From positions 20,646,001 through 20,710,000 of the forward strand of contig OZ365118.1 of assembly GCA_977030845.1 (NCBI GenBank): a stretch of DNA of 64,000 nucleotides, given 5' to 3'. Within the stretch, counting starts at the first letter, position 1. Every line of letters starts with the position of its first letter. The position numbers and the translations under genes were made by a program. This DNA is from Fimbriosthenelais zetlandica (taxonomy: Eukaryota). Positions 39,201 through 49,700 of the stretch are shown here, in pieces. The notes below the pieces were generated by a model, which saw only the letters and a list, made by a program, of their open reading frames with translations, did not search any database and had not been told where the DNA came from.

Positions 39201-41950
39201 ACCAAAGTTCTCACCATCCAAAGCTTCCCTTTCCCCACGATCACAATTCCTCTTTTCCTCAAGATTCACTCTCCTTTTGCCATGCTCTAAATCCCATTTC
39301 TCTTCTTGGCCGACTTTATTCTTCTCACAGTCAAATTTCCTTCTTTTTTCAAACTCAAAATCTTTCTTTCTCGCCCAGTTCAGATCTGTTTTCTTCTCGT
39401 AGGTAAACTGTCTTCCCAATAGTTCCCGTTTCCTGGGATATGGCCCATCTGTGAGTTGGTTTCTGTCGTTCGGCTTCGGTGGAGTCTCCACTATTTCATG
39501 TACTCCGCTCTCAATGCTGAGTGCATCTTCTTCATCTGTGAAATCAGATTCAGAACTTACTAAATCTTCCTCCTCCTCTGTTTCCGATTCTTCCTCCTCT
39601 GAAAAATCATTTGATAGAAGATTCGATGTAAAATCTCTACGTCTTCCACTGACAGTCCTTGCCTGAGAATGTTCATTCCCTCTTGCCTGAAAATGTACAT
39701 TTTTCCCAGGCTGAGAATGTTCATTTTTTCCAGGCAAACCCTCGACATTCTCGCTCGGCTTGGGTTGTTCTTTTTTCCTTGGTAAAACCCAGTTATTACT
39801 GGCAAAGTGCTTGTCAGTGACACCTTCATCATCAGCTATGAGGGTGGTTTGTATTCTCCTGTGCCTTCTCTCTGACCTGCCATCTTGGTCCCCAACAGAT
39901 TTAGGTGACACCTTGAAATTAAATTTCTCCCGAGTGTCGATTAATTTATCCCTTACTGGACGTTCTGCCCTGGCACCCCAATTATCTAAATGAGCAGGTA
40001 TCCTTTGGTTGGGTGGTTTCAAGCTAGCTAGGGACAATTTTGTCAGTATGCCTTTTTCTGACAGCTCACGATCTTGCAAGTTCCTGGGCTTCACTGGAAA
40101 GCCGGTAGTATGTATGCCTTTGTAACCAGTAGGAGAACTAACTTGTGTTCGATTTGAAGTAACAAATGTGGCATGGTTGTGTGGGACGAGAGGGGAGGAT
40201 CGTGGAGAGGTATTATACTCCTCACCAGAGGTGTCGCTGGTACCACGGCTATCATCGTCCCACGCTTCCTCCCCCACGTACTCCTCACTCTCCTGCTCCT
40301 GCTCAGATGAAAACGTCAGAGTAGTTTCTGCAGCTTCCGAGTTAGAGGTGGTCACCTCATACACACACCCTCGACGAATAACTGAAATGAAGTTATATCC
40401 AGTTATAATTCATAGTTAGACGAAAATGGCACCAGTATCAATATATTAATAAATCCAAAATATTAAGTCACCGTGAAAGTTATACTGACTTTCATCATCA
40501 CACACGAAATATTTTTAGTATAAACATTTACTTGGGTTATTTGTTGGTCAGTAAATGTCGCATTGAATAAGGGTATATTGTACTTTTGTATATGGAACTA
40601 ATATATTTTAAAAAGGTCTGTGATTCCTTTAATTCTCACCTCCTTGGAAAGTCTTGTAACTCTTGACATCTGATTCTGAGTACATTTGACCATTGACGAT
40701 GTAGGTCTTATTGAACTTGGTGTCCACTGTCACGTCCTCCTCCTGCCAATAATAAATTGGTAGTCCACATTTTATCACTTTTATAATATATTCTAGCAAT
40801 TTCATGAATTTGGCTACGCGTCTAACGGTCTAACTACTTCCACCATTATAATAGAACGTGTATAAATAACCAAATTTGAATATTAGATTCGATTGTTAAG
40901 GGAGTTGATTCGAACCTCAACTCTTGCCACATCTCCACCATCCGGCTCTTCTTCTTTTAGGGCTTTCTGCCAAAATTTCTTCTCTGTAATACAAAAAAAA
41001 GTTAAGTCAGTCATTTTGTAAAAATAACTTCAAAAGTAGCGTTTAGATTAAAAAGACTAAAGTTACATCCCAATCTTGAAGAAAATTACATTTCTACGTT
41101 GATACTCTCACCTAGCTCTCTAAGACCATTTTTTAAACTAATTTTTCTAACTGCATTTAATTATTTAATTAATATTATTTTTTAATTATTGATAATTATA
41201 GAGGAGGGGTTCACTTACCATCTGGCAATGGAAGAGCTTCCTGCAAGGGGCAACGACCACATGGACGTTCGTCAGCAGATTCCAAATGGCCTGGAAAATT
41301 CAGCATTCATTATGATTTTGAACTTTAATATGAACTAGATCTATTTATTATTATGGTGGTTAGAGGGGAACATTCAGTATGTTCTGATGCAATATTTCGG
41401 TACCGTATCATAAGAAAGGAATGAATATTTTGAACAAAACGTAGATCTACACATAAATTACCGGTACTTAATAATAAAAATTAAATTATTGAAATATTCT
41501 TACCATTATCAACGACCACTACTAAATTTTCAAGGTCTACAACATCGGATTTCAAATTGGGGTTCGAGTACTGCAAATGAGAGAAAAATACGCTACATCA
41601 GTAAGCCAGTCACTCAGCTGGGATACATTAAAATCTCGGTAAGATTGCAATTTGTCTAGTTCAAACTTCCTATACTAGCCAGTATATGCAGCCTAGGCCC
41701 TACGCCTTGCTTGTTTTGAACTTGAACTTGTTAGCAGTTTGTTATTGTGTGGATAGCTAGAGTTCAGAATGGGCTAAGTACACACCTTCTCAATAATATG
41801 CCTCCATCTTCGAGCTAAAGTATCTGTAGACCTCTTCCGTGCTTCTATAAAGTTTTCAAACTCGTCAAGATCGAGATCTTCATCGCTAACCACCACAAAA
41901 TCCCCAGAATCTTCCCAGGACACATCCATGTTTGCCGCCATGGCGGCCAT
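36237..41950 (-). CDS. Scm3/HJURP-like CENP-A (CenH3) chaperone candidate, about 1539 aa, 6 coding exons: N-terminal Scm3-type domain, long disordered region, C-terminal Cys4 cluster
   Basis: Exons (-) 41950-41786, 41570-41504, 41290-41219, 40983-40916, 40742-40640 and 40381-36237 total 4620 nt, with consistent phases 0,1,1,0,1. Exons 1-3 give RKRSTDTLARRWRHIIEKY-SNPNLKSDVVDLENLVVVVDN-GHLESA. This matches the Scm3 signature W-x2-II-x-KY-x7-D-x-(V/I)DL-x6-(V/E)DNGH. The protein ends CPGPGICRKAFCFRCHVN*. Gene structure is well supported; family identity rests on motif recognition from memory. Confidence 0.8.
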
Positions 41951-42789
41951 GACAGGTCGGGAGTGGGCACTGTTGTTTGGTTTTGCGACATCCAATTTAG
42001 TTCCTCTCTTAACCGCCGCCAGTTTAGAGCGCCACTGGAGGTCAATTTTGGCTTTGATTGAACCAAAGATACTAATATAATGATCAACAAACCTCCCTGT
42101 TTTTTTCTCTCTCTATGTTCTCTTAGTCAATATGGACCCCTAGATATGTAGGCTAATTTAAATAGGCCTAATGTAGGCCTATGTAGGGCTTATGAATATA
42201 GATGAGTCCGCAATAAAGTTCATTTATTCCTTCATTCATATAGGCTACTCATATAGGCCTACTACTCACAGTTCTAGCTAGCACAATTTTGAAATAAATT
42301 CTGAAATGTTGATAAGAATTTAACACATTTAAAACTGACAATGACATGCATGGTCAGTGCTATAGACTCCTTATAGGACTAATATTAGCTCAGCTTAGGC
42401 CCTATCGTTTGTTGGTTTTGTTTCTTTGTCAATCTTTTGTTTCTTTCAGCAAGTTCAAGAGGCTCAACATGAGCATTAGGTTCTGCTTGATTAATCAAAA
42501 TAGATCTTTTTCCATTTCATATTGAAAATAGAAACACAGAAGATGATTGGCAGGATGGATGAAGGCAATTTGAACATTTCAAAGAAACATTTTTGACAAT
42601 TAATCTTCGATGTAGACATGCCAAAGTCATAGGGCCTAGTCATGGGAGGAATGACAAGTCAGGGGGCAGGGATCAGGGACAGGGATGGGTGTGTTGGAGG
42701 GAGAGTGGGGTCAGTCCTGTCAGAAAGTAGGCTATGTTTAACCAAACTTAGGGAATAGATCCCTAAATACATTCCCCCAAATGGAATTC

Positions 42790-42851
42790 CATGGCCCGTT
42801 TAACGATCTAAAGTCATTTTTATTTACAGTCTATTGTGAAACGGGTCCCAG
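42790..42851. mobile_element. Second, more degenerate MITE-like element with related termini
   Basis: Left tggcccgtttaa and right tgaaacgggtcccag resemble the 28634 element termini; the internal sequence differs. Confidence 0.3.
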
Positions 42852-45139
42852 TAGGCTATGCATGTTGCCCATTTCATCATATGGATTCCCTACTATACTA
42901 TACATGCACCCTATATAGGGTCCTGTAGATATCGTCAGATGGATTAGACTGTCTCTTAGAAGTCTCTATCTTTGTGGATCAGTTTCACAATACTTCCTTT
43001 ACATATCTCACCACCACTATCCCTCAACTCCAATAGATACTCATTAACCTAGCCCAATGAATCTATCCATTATTAAAGCCTTCATTCACACCTATAGACC
43101 ATATTACACCTTCTATCCCCTCCCTTCCTATAGAGGTTAACCGACGACTTTTCCTAGCTATTCCTAATCGTCTCCGATGTCTGTGGAATGAGATTTTTAT
43201 TTATTTATCATAAAGTCATGATAGAAGAATGATTATCCCCTGTCAAAAAGGGACTTTATAATATCTACTCTCAAATAACCCAGGGGTAGGCCTATTGATC
43301 ATCATTTTATTAATATATACGACCCATGCCCTCATTGATCATCACTATATAAATATACCAGTGCCCTCTCTGTCCCCCAACGCTAACGATGTATGGTTTG
43401 AATATTCAGATTTAGTTTAAAATTTGTAATATATTGGATCCTTTACACAGCCTCATAAAAAACATTTCTCCTCCTCGTGATAGCACGAGGTGGATTTTCC
43501 CTTCTTCGCCCGCAAGATGGCACTAAGAATTCAATTTCCGCCATGCAGTTTAAGAGGTTTAAAATATCCCAATTTTCACATTGTGATGAGCGGTCTCCAT
43601 CAACTGGCTTGTACGTGTCACGCGCGAACATCCTCATATTGGATGTCTAGTTTATACGAGCACGCCGTCTGCTGTCAGAGAACATTAAATCAATAGCAAG
43701 AAAAAAAATATGGCAGCAAAGATCCTCCCCAATTGTGAGGACATCATCTGTCTCCCGTATTCTGAATCACTACAATTAACATCTCACTGTGCGGCTAAAC
43801 GTATAGACCAGTTGACGCGGATGTCTCCATTGAGCTCTCGGGAACGTTCACATTCTCAGTTTTGACCTTTTCAGACTTTATAATATTCATTCAGTCAAGA
43901 TATGTATATACACCAGGGGCCAATTTTATGTCTTCGTGCAAAGGAGGAAAGCTATATAGCCCATATATTTCTGAACGCGAGTAAATTTTGTGGTTTTAAT
44001 AGTGAAACCTTTCACATTCGTTACTTATAAACTTAAAGGATATATATTCACACTTTGGTCTTATATTATTATGGCCTTCACTTCACAAAATTATTTCCAT
44101 TACAGAATTCATGGCAATCTGTTTTTGTTGTATCGCCAACAAGAATTAGTCTGTATCAATGATAAACACTTCCCATCAGTATCAGTTATTTTTTAAACTT
44201 CATGTCCATTCATCAATCCATATCACAATACTTTCCTGTCACTTACTAATAGTGTAAATCGATCCTCACGATAAACAAGGAAAACACGAGTCCATTATGT
44301 GAACAATCAGAGTTATACAACGCTTCAATCCATTTCTTAATATTTAGTACCTCTTCACCAAATGAGAATTGGACAGTACATGTAGGCCTATATGAAACAC
44401 TCGATTCAATCACCTACTCTTACATACTACTCACGACTGAGAGGACGGATGATATGTTGTCTGGGGAACCTATGAGGTATGAAGGTTTGGTCTACTTGTG
44501 ATCAGGTTACACTGTCAAGGAGCTATACGAGCTTCTCCCAGAAGCAGCTCAGTAAGTACAGGTGTGTGCAACACCTACTAGGCATTGGGTCTAAATTATT
44601 CATCTTCTTCACTGCATGACTTATACTCCAATGTTTGAACTATCCCAAGATATCGTAAAACATTTCTCTATCTCTATCACTGATTAGTATCAACGATTAG
44701 CAGGGATTGATTGACAAAAAGAGTTTAAAACGACCATTAAAAATTCATTTTAGCATTTTGCTTTATTGACTGCGTATACACAAAGCAGGCGATCAGAAAA
44801 TCCAATAATATAGACATGTTTTTTTGATACAAATTTACATAAATTTTATATTACAAGTCATACGTTTTAATATTGGTCATTTTATGGAAAGATGGAGTGG
44901 ATTTCTGAGTCTTCTTGATTTTGGAGTTTATTTTAGCTGTGGCCATTTCGTGGAAGAGGTATTTTTTATAATCAAAGGGAGCTGAATGTGGTCAGGTTTG
45001 AATCACATTTTTGGATTACAATGTCCCCGGCATTTGCTGACCCATGCATTAAATTTATTCAACTCTTTTTCAAATCCTGAATAGTTGATTTGTTTGGGCG
45101 ATATTTTAGGAAATAAAGGGAACAGTTTGTAAAAGCGCA

Positions 45140-46732
45140 TCAGCCCAGAGAGAGCAATCGGTCGTGCTGGTTTTGCTCTTTGTTGAGAATGTCAGAGAGA
45201 GCTGATAGGGCACTGTTGACAGAGAGGGGCACCCTCTTGCCCAGAGCCAGAAGGGGGTTGTCACGGCTTTCCCCTTGTCCTCCATGGACCATGTCAGACA
45301 GAACCTGAAGTGGCTGGTTCACTGATAATCCCCTTTTACCGAGCCTCAACAGTGGGTTGTTCACTGGTTTTCGTGAGCCTTTCAGGATGTCACTCAAAAT
45401 ACTCATGGGTTGGTTGACAGATAGTGGACCGCGCTTGCCCAGGGCTAGGAGAGGGTTATGCTGTTTCTGTGCACTATACATGCCAGATAAGACTTCTAAA
45501 GGTTGATTGACAGAAAGGGGCGCCCGCTTGCCCAGGGCTAGGAGAGGGTTATGCTGTTTCTGGGCACCACCATACATGCCAGATAATACTTCTAAAGGTT
45601 GATTGATAGAAAGGGGCGCCCGCTTGCCCAGGGCTAGGAGAGGGTTATGCTGTTTGTGGGCAGAATACATGCCGGATAATACTTCTAAAGGTTGATTGAC
45701 AGAAAGGGGCGCCCGCTTGCCCAGGGCTAGGAGAGGGTTATGCTGTTTGTGGGCAGAATACATGCCGGATAAGACTTCTAAAGGTTGATTGACAGAAAGG
45801 GGCGCCCGCTTGCCCAGGGCTAGGAGAGGGTTATGCTGTTTGTGGGCAGAATACATGCCGGATAAGACTTCTAAAGGTTGATTGACAGAAAGGGGCGCCC
45901 GCTTGCCCAGGGCTAGGAGAGGGTTATGCTGTTTCTGTGCACCATACATGCCAGATAACACTTCTAATGGTTGATTGATTGACAAGGGTGCTCGCTTAGA
46001 ATATTCACTATCTTCGTCGTCGAGTGGGTTGGCAGAACGCTTTCCCAGTCGTTGGAGAGGATCCGGGGGAGAGGCTCGTCTCCTCTGGACCATATCAGAG
46101 AGAACACTCAAAGGTTGTGTTACGGACAACCTACCTCGTTTACCCAGAGCTAATAACCTGTTTCTAGCTTGATTATGACCTGAGTTATACATGTCAGAGA
46201 GAACATCGAGGGCACTGTTAACGGACAGTGATGCTCTTTTCATCATTTCATCATGTTCATCGTCATTGTCATATCTTTTCCCTAGGGCTAAGAGCGGGTT
46301 TTTCTGGCCTTTAGTACTATACATGTCAGAGAGTAGATTTAATGGCTGGTTGATAGACAGAGATGCTCTCTTTTCCTCACTTTCCTCATAATCACGCTTG
46401 CCTAATGCCAAGAGAGGGTTCCGAGCTTCAGATTTATCGCCGTAGAAATCAGACAGAACAGACAAGGGCTGATTGACTGAGAGGGAAGCTCTTTTATCTT
46501 CGTCGTAGTCCTTCCTCTGTCGTGGATTCTGTTGGTTGTCTTCAGGTTGCCGTTTGCCGAGCGCTAACAGAGGGTTGTGCTGATCTTTCTGGTGGTGGAC
46601 CATGTCTGTGAGCACGCTGATTGGCTGGTTGACGGAGAGGGGCGCCCTCTTGTCACCGTCATGTGACCAGCAGGCACGGAAGGTGAAGGAAGAGAAGATG
46701 AAGGAGGCCAGCAGCAGGGGCACAGTGGACAT
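45140..46732 (-). CDS. DH44/egg-laying hormone/CRF-family neuropeptide precursor, 530 aa, single coding exon, 14 predicted amidated peptides
   Basis: Signal peptide MSTVPLLLASFIFSSFTFRACWS, then 14 units of consensus xxLS(V/I)NQPLxVLS(D/G)M...NPLLALG. Each is flanked by KR, and the last ends G-stop. Acidic spacers occur in the N-terminal half. The S(I/V)NxxLxxLxDM...LL-amide pattern is that of the ELH/DH44/CRF family. Acceptor ttacag| lies 17 nt upstream of the ATG (exon starts 46749); minus-strand AATAAA at 44762-44767. Confidence 0.9.
   Translation of the reverse strand: MSTVPLLLASFIFSSFTFRACWSHDGDKRAPLSVNQPISVLTDMVHHQKDQHNPLLALGKRQPEDNQQNPRQRKDYDEDKRASLSVNQPLSVLSDFYGDKSEARNPLLALGKRDYEESEEKRASLSINQPLNLLSDMYSTKGQKNPLLALGKRYDNDDEHDEMMKRASLSVNSALDVLSDMYNSGHNQARNRLLALGKRGRLSVTQPLSVLSDMVQRRRASPPDPLQRLGKRSANPLDDEDSEYSKRAPLSINQPLEVLSGMYGAQKQHNPLLALGKRAPLSVNQPLEVLSGMYSAHKQHNPLLALGKRAPLSVNQPLEVLSGMYSAHKQHNPLLALGKRAPLSVNQPLEVLSGMYSAHKQHNPLLALGKRAPLSINQPLEVLSGMYGGAQKQHNPLLALGKRAPLSVNQPLEVLSGMYSAQKQHNPLLALGKRGPLSVNQPMSILSDILKGSRKPVNNPLLRLGKRGLSVNQPLQVLSDMVHGGQGESRDNPLLALGKRVPLSVNSALSALSDILNKEQNQHDRLLSLG
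45433..45995 (-). repeat. Coding tandem array of six near-identical 93-bp units (one is 96 bp) encoding peptides 6-11 of the precursor
   Basis: The anchor cgcttgcccagggctaggagagggttatgctgttt recurs at 45433, 45526, 45622, 45715, 45808 and 45901. Confidence 0.95.
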
Positions 46733-49700
46733 GGTGTCTCACGCAGGATCTGTAAAGACGAAATATGAGATTTTAATTAGTAATCTGAGATTCCCTCCCA
46801 ACCAAAACAGTGATCAAACGAGGCTGATGTCAAGGATCAAGGGGTTTGCATTGCAATCCTCAATCATCTGAAAATGAAACCATCCCTTTTCCTTTCTATG
46901 GACCCATGAAGCAGGCATTCAATTCCAACACTTGCAGCTGTTGCTTCATTGATGTCTTTGGCCAAATCTAAGGAGCAGTCTGCTTTGTACATTTCAAAGG
47001 GATATAAGATACTCCGTAGAACTGTATGCATGGGAATTGGCAGATCTTTACATATCTATATATTTATAGATCTTCACTGATTCATTGTATGTTTGAATAA
47101 AGTGCATTGGTATTATGTTAACCTTGTATGTCTAAAACTTCAATCAATGAGTATCGGGACGGTTATCAGATCCATAGTGGACATCTCTGCTATATATATC
47201 ATAGAGGACACTGCCATAGGATATCCAATCAGGCAAGTGATCCAACGAGCCCCCAATCCAAATATTAGTCCACCCATTCACAGCAGTAGAGAGGGTGAGG
47301 AGGGGCAGGTAGCCTCAGGGTAACATTTACTGACATAATTCTATCCCTTACCCAAGATAATATACAGACAAGACAGACTGTGTACAGGCTGGTAATGTTT
47401 AATGATAGGCTGAAACCGGGGCAAATTAGTGATAGATGGAAGAGATCATTTCTTAACTCATCCTCCACTCTAAGACAATGTAAAATGTTGGACATTACTC
47501 TAAACATCTACATAAATAATGACCTATCTCTGAGTATAAACAACGGTTGGTCATCTTTGACTGTTCTTGAGGAATGAGAATTTCCCAAAGATTTACTATT
47601 AGGAAATCCAGCTGGAAGAACTGTGGCTTCACTTCAATTTTGAGGCGTTCTTAAAGAAATACCTATGAAGATACATGGATATAAGAAGATTGTTAAAGAT
47701 AAAACCAGGCTCAATGTCTTACATGTATTGCCATGTGAACCTTACAGTCACGTAAATGCAATAAGTCACCATCTGCATGCATGTATACCATATTGTGCCT
47801 TCAAGTGACTAATAGAGTCATTACATTATTTTAACAATCGGGATAAATCTTCTAATTGCATAGGAGAACATGAATGACGCCCTATTAACGGTTTTGTATT
47901 TAATGTGAGATGTTAAAAGAGCCCCAGCTTGGAATGAGTCTGTGGGAATATTTATGTATGCTTGATGTATGTATTATTGACAGGAGATGTGTCACAGCGC
48001 TATGATGTATGGCGATTGTTAGTGTCAGTAGAGAGGGTCTTACTGACAGCTAAGGAAGTGAGAGTCGTTGACAAGCTTTGACTCGGGGAGAATGGCTGAA
48101 AGCCTGCTGTCTACGGATGTCCACTGCTGGGACATTTATTATATACTGCAAATCCTCTTTTGTTCACTTCCCATAACTCCAAGGGAATGTCTCACTTCAA
48201 AAGCCGGGATATACAGGGATAAGCTTTTGAAGACATAATGATGGGCCCTTGCTAATAGTATAGTCAATCATTTATCAAATGGTTCATTTTTTCAGTATGC
48301 ATTTCCTGTAATGGGGATTTTGAAACTTCTATTTAAACGGAGCCTTATTTATAACAAATATAGACTAATGACCAGCATTACGTTCTTTCAAATCTCTTTC
48401 AAATGTTCAGTTGAATCCAAATAAATTAAGATCCATGTGCAAGATGATGTGTTTTAATGCTTTGTGGATATGGACGGCGGCAAATGGGGACAGAAAAAAT
48501 CAATACTTTTGTCTTTAACCCACTTTAATGGTTAGTTGGTTCTCTGTATCTGTCTAAAGACGAAAAATGTGCTGCTTAAGAACAAAGGTGTTTCTGACCT
48601 TTAAGCGCCATTTGAGTTTGACTTTTGCGACATTCGTCAGTATGTAAATAATGCAAGATTAGGCTATAGCGCAAATGGCTTAGCTAGTCGCTGTGTGTGT
48701 ATTAGGGAAGCTGTATGAAAACAGGGAGCTATTTTATGTACTCCATTGAACAGATTGAAACTGATTGTTGCACAGTAACTTTCAGTCAGCCTGCAATGTC
48801 AAATATCAAAAACGAACTGAGAATTTCCATTCAGACAGATAACTTTCAAGTTTGACTTCAATTGTTTGGGCCAATCAATCGGTCTATATTATACTACCAT
48901 CCCAATCACTAATGCACATATATTACATAAGTAGAAGGATCACAAGGGCCCTCCACATCTGGGGGAAATGAGAACTGATACCCTTTTGAGATCCTCCTGA
49001 ATCCACATAAATATTAGAAACAAAAACTGGAGGCAGATCATGAAGATCATGGGTTTAGAACCTCAGCTTTCCACTGTCCTACTCATCAAAATAAGACATC
49101 ACTCATTAGGATGGCAGAGAAGAATTTTAAGAATATTTATCTCCCTTGGGCACCAAAGAGGGCATTGAAGTAACAGCGGCGTTAAACAACAATGACAGCT
49201 ATATGGGGACGGGCACATAGGGCGGACATTAAAGGGAAGGTTTAATGTGTAAAACCTTGAGATTAGGAGTGCACCTTTACACTTTACATTCACAGAACCT
49301 GTAGTATATATCCTGGTCAGCAAGCCTTGAGGCAAGGCTTTAATGCTTGCTGTGCCATTTCAGACAAAAGAAAGGTCGTGGCACAAGTCACAAGATTTAG
49401 GGTATAGAGGGTACGACAATCTGACAACGTAAATAAACCAGGAATATTTCAACTAAGGGATTATTATTCCCATCACATTAGGATAATATTCAATTTCTTC
49501 CAACCAAGTCAAGTCTAATATTCAAGTTTCATTCTGTTGCTTCAATCACATTTCATCAATCAGATAAGCCCGATCCAAGAAAACAAATTAAAGTCACTGG
49601 TAAATCCGTAAAAACCAAGACCTGTAGGGGAAAATAATGGAATTTTAATACTTCTGAACCTCCCTACTTCTGCCAGGTGATTGCCTTCTAAAATCTGAAC

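Noticed and set aside
36322-39993. Many plus-strand ORFs (65-157 aa) overlapping the large exon, and those opposite the neuropeptide and CNBD2 exons
   Set aside because: They are antisense shadows of real coding sequence, with Ser/Leu/Phe-rich composition and no independent signals.
36237-40364. 1375-aa GTG-start ORF as a stand-alone intronless gene or transposon ORF
   Set aside because: It has no RT, integrase or transposase motifs. An acceptor at 40382 and five upstream exons join it in frame to an ATG at 41950.
40900-40925. GGTTCGAATC resembling a tRNA T-loop
   Set aside because: No cloverleaf or D-arm/A-box upstream; it is the exon-4 donor region of the Scm3-like gene.
36237-41950. Alternative identity as M18BP1/KNL2 or CENP-C
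   Set aside because: I saw no SANTA, SANT/Myb, CENP-C motif or cupin domain; the N-terminal motif fits Scm3 instead.
43473-43490. Hairpin CCTCGTG-atag-CACGAGG in a CpG-richer patch
   Set aside because: The stem is only 7 bp, with no associated element, ORF or repeat; compatible with chance.
45140-46732. Neuropeptide gene nested inside the Scm3-like or CNBD2 gene
   Set aside because: The Scm3-like gene has its own ATG exon at 41950 and CNBD2 stops at 57001; the three genes are simply in tandem on the minus strand.
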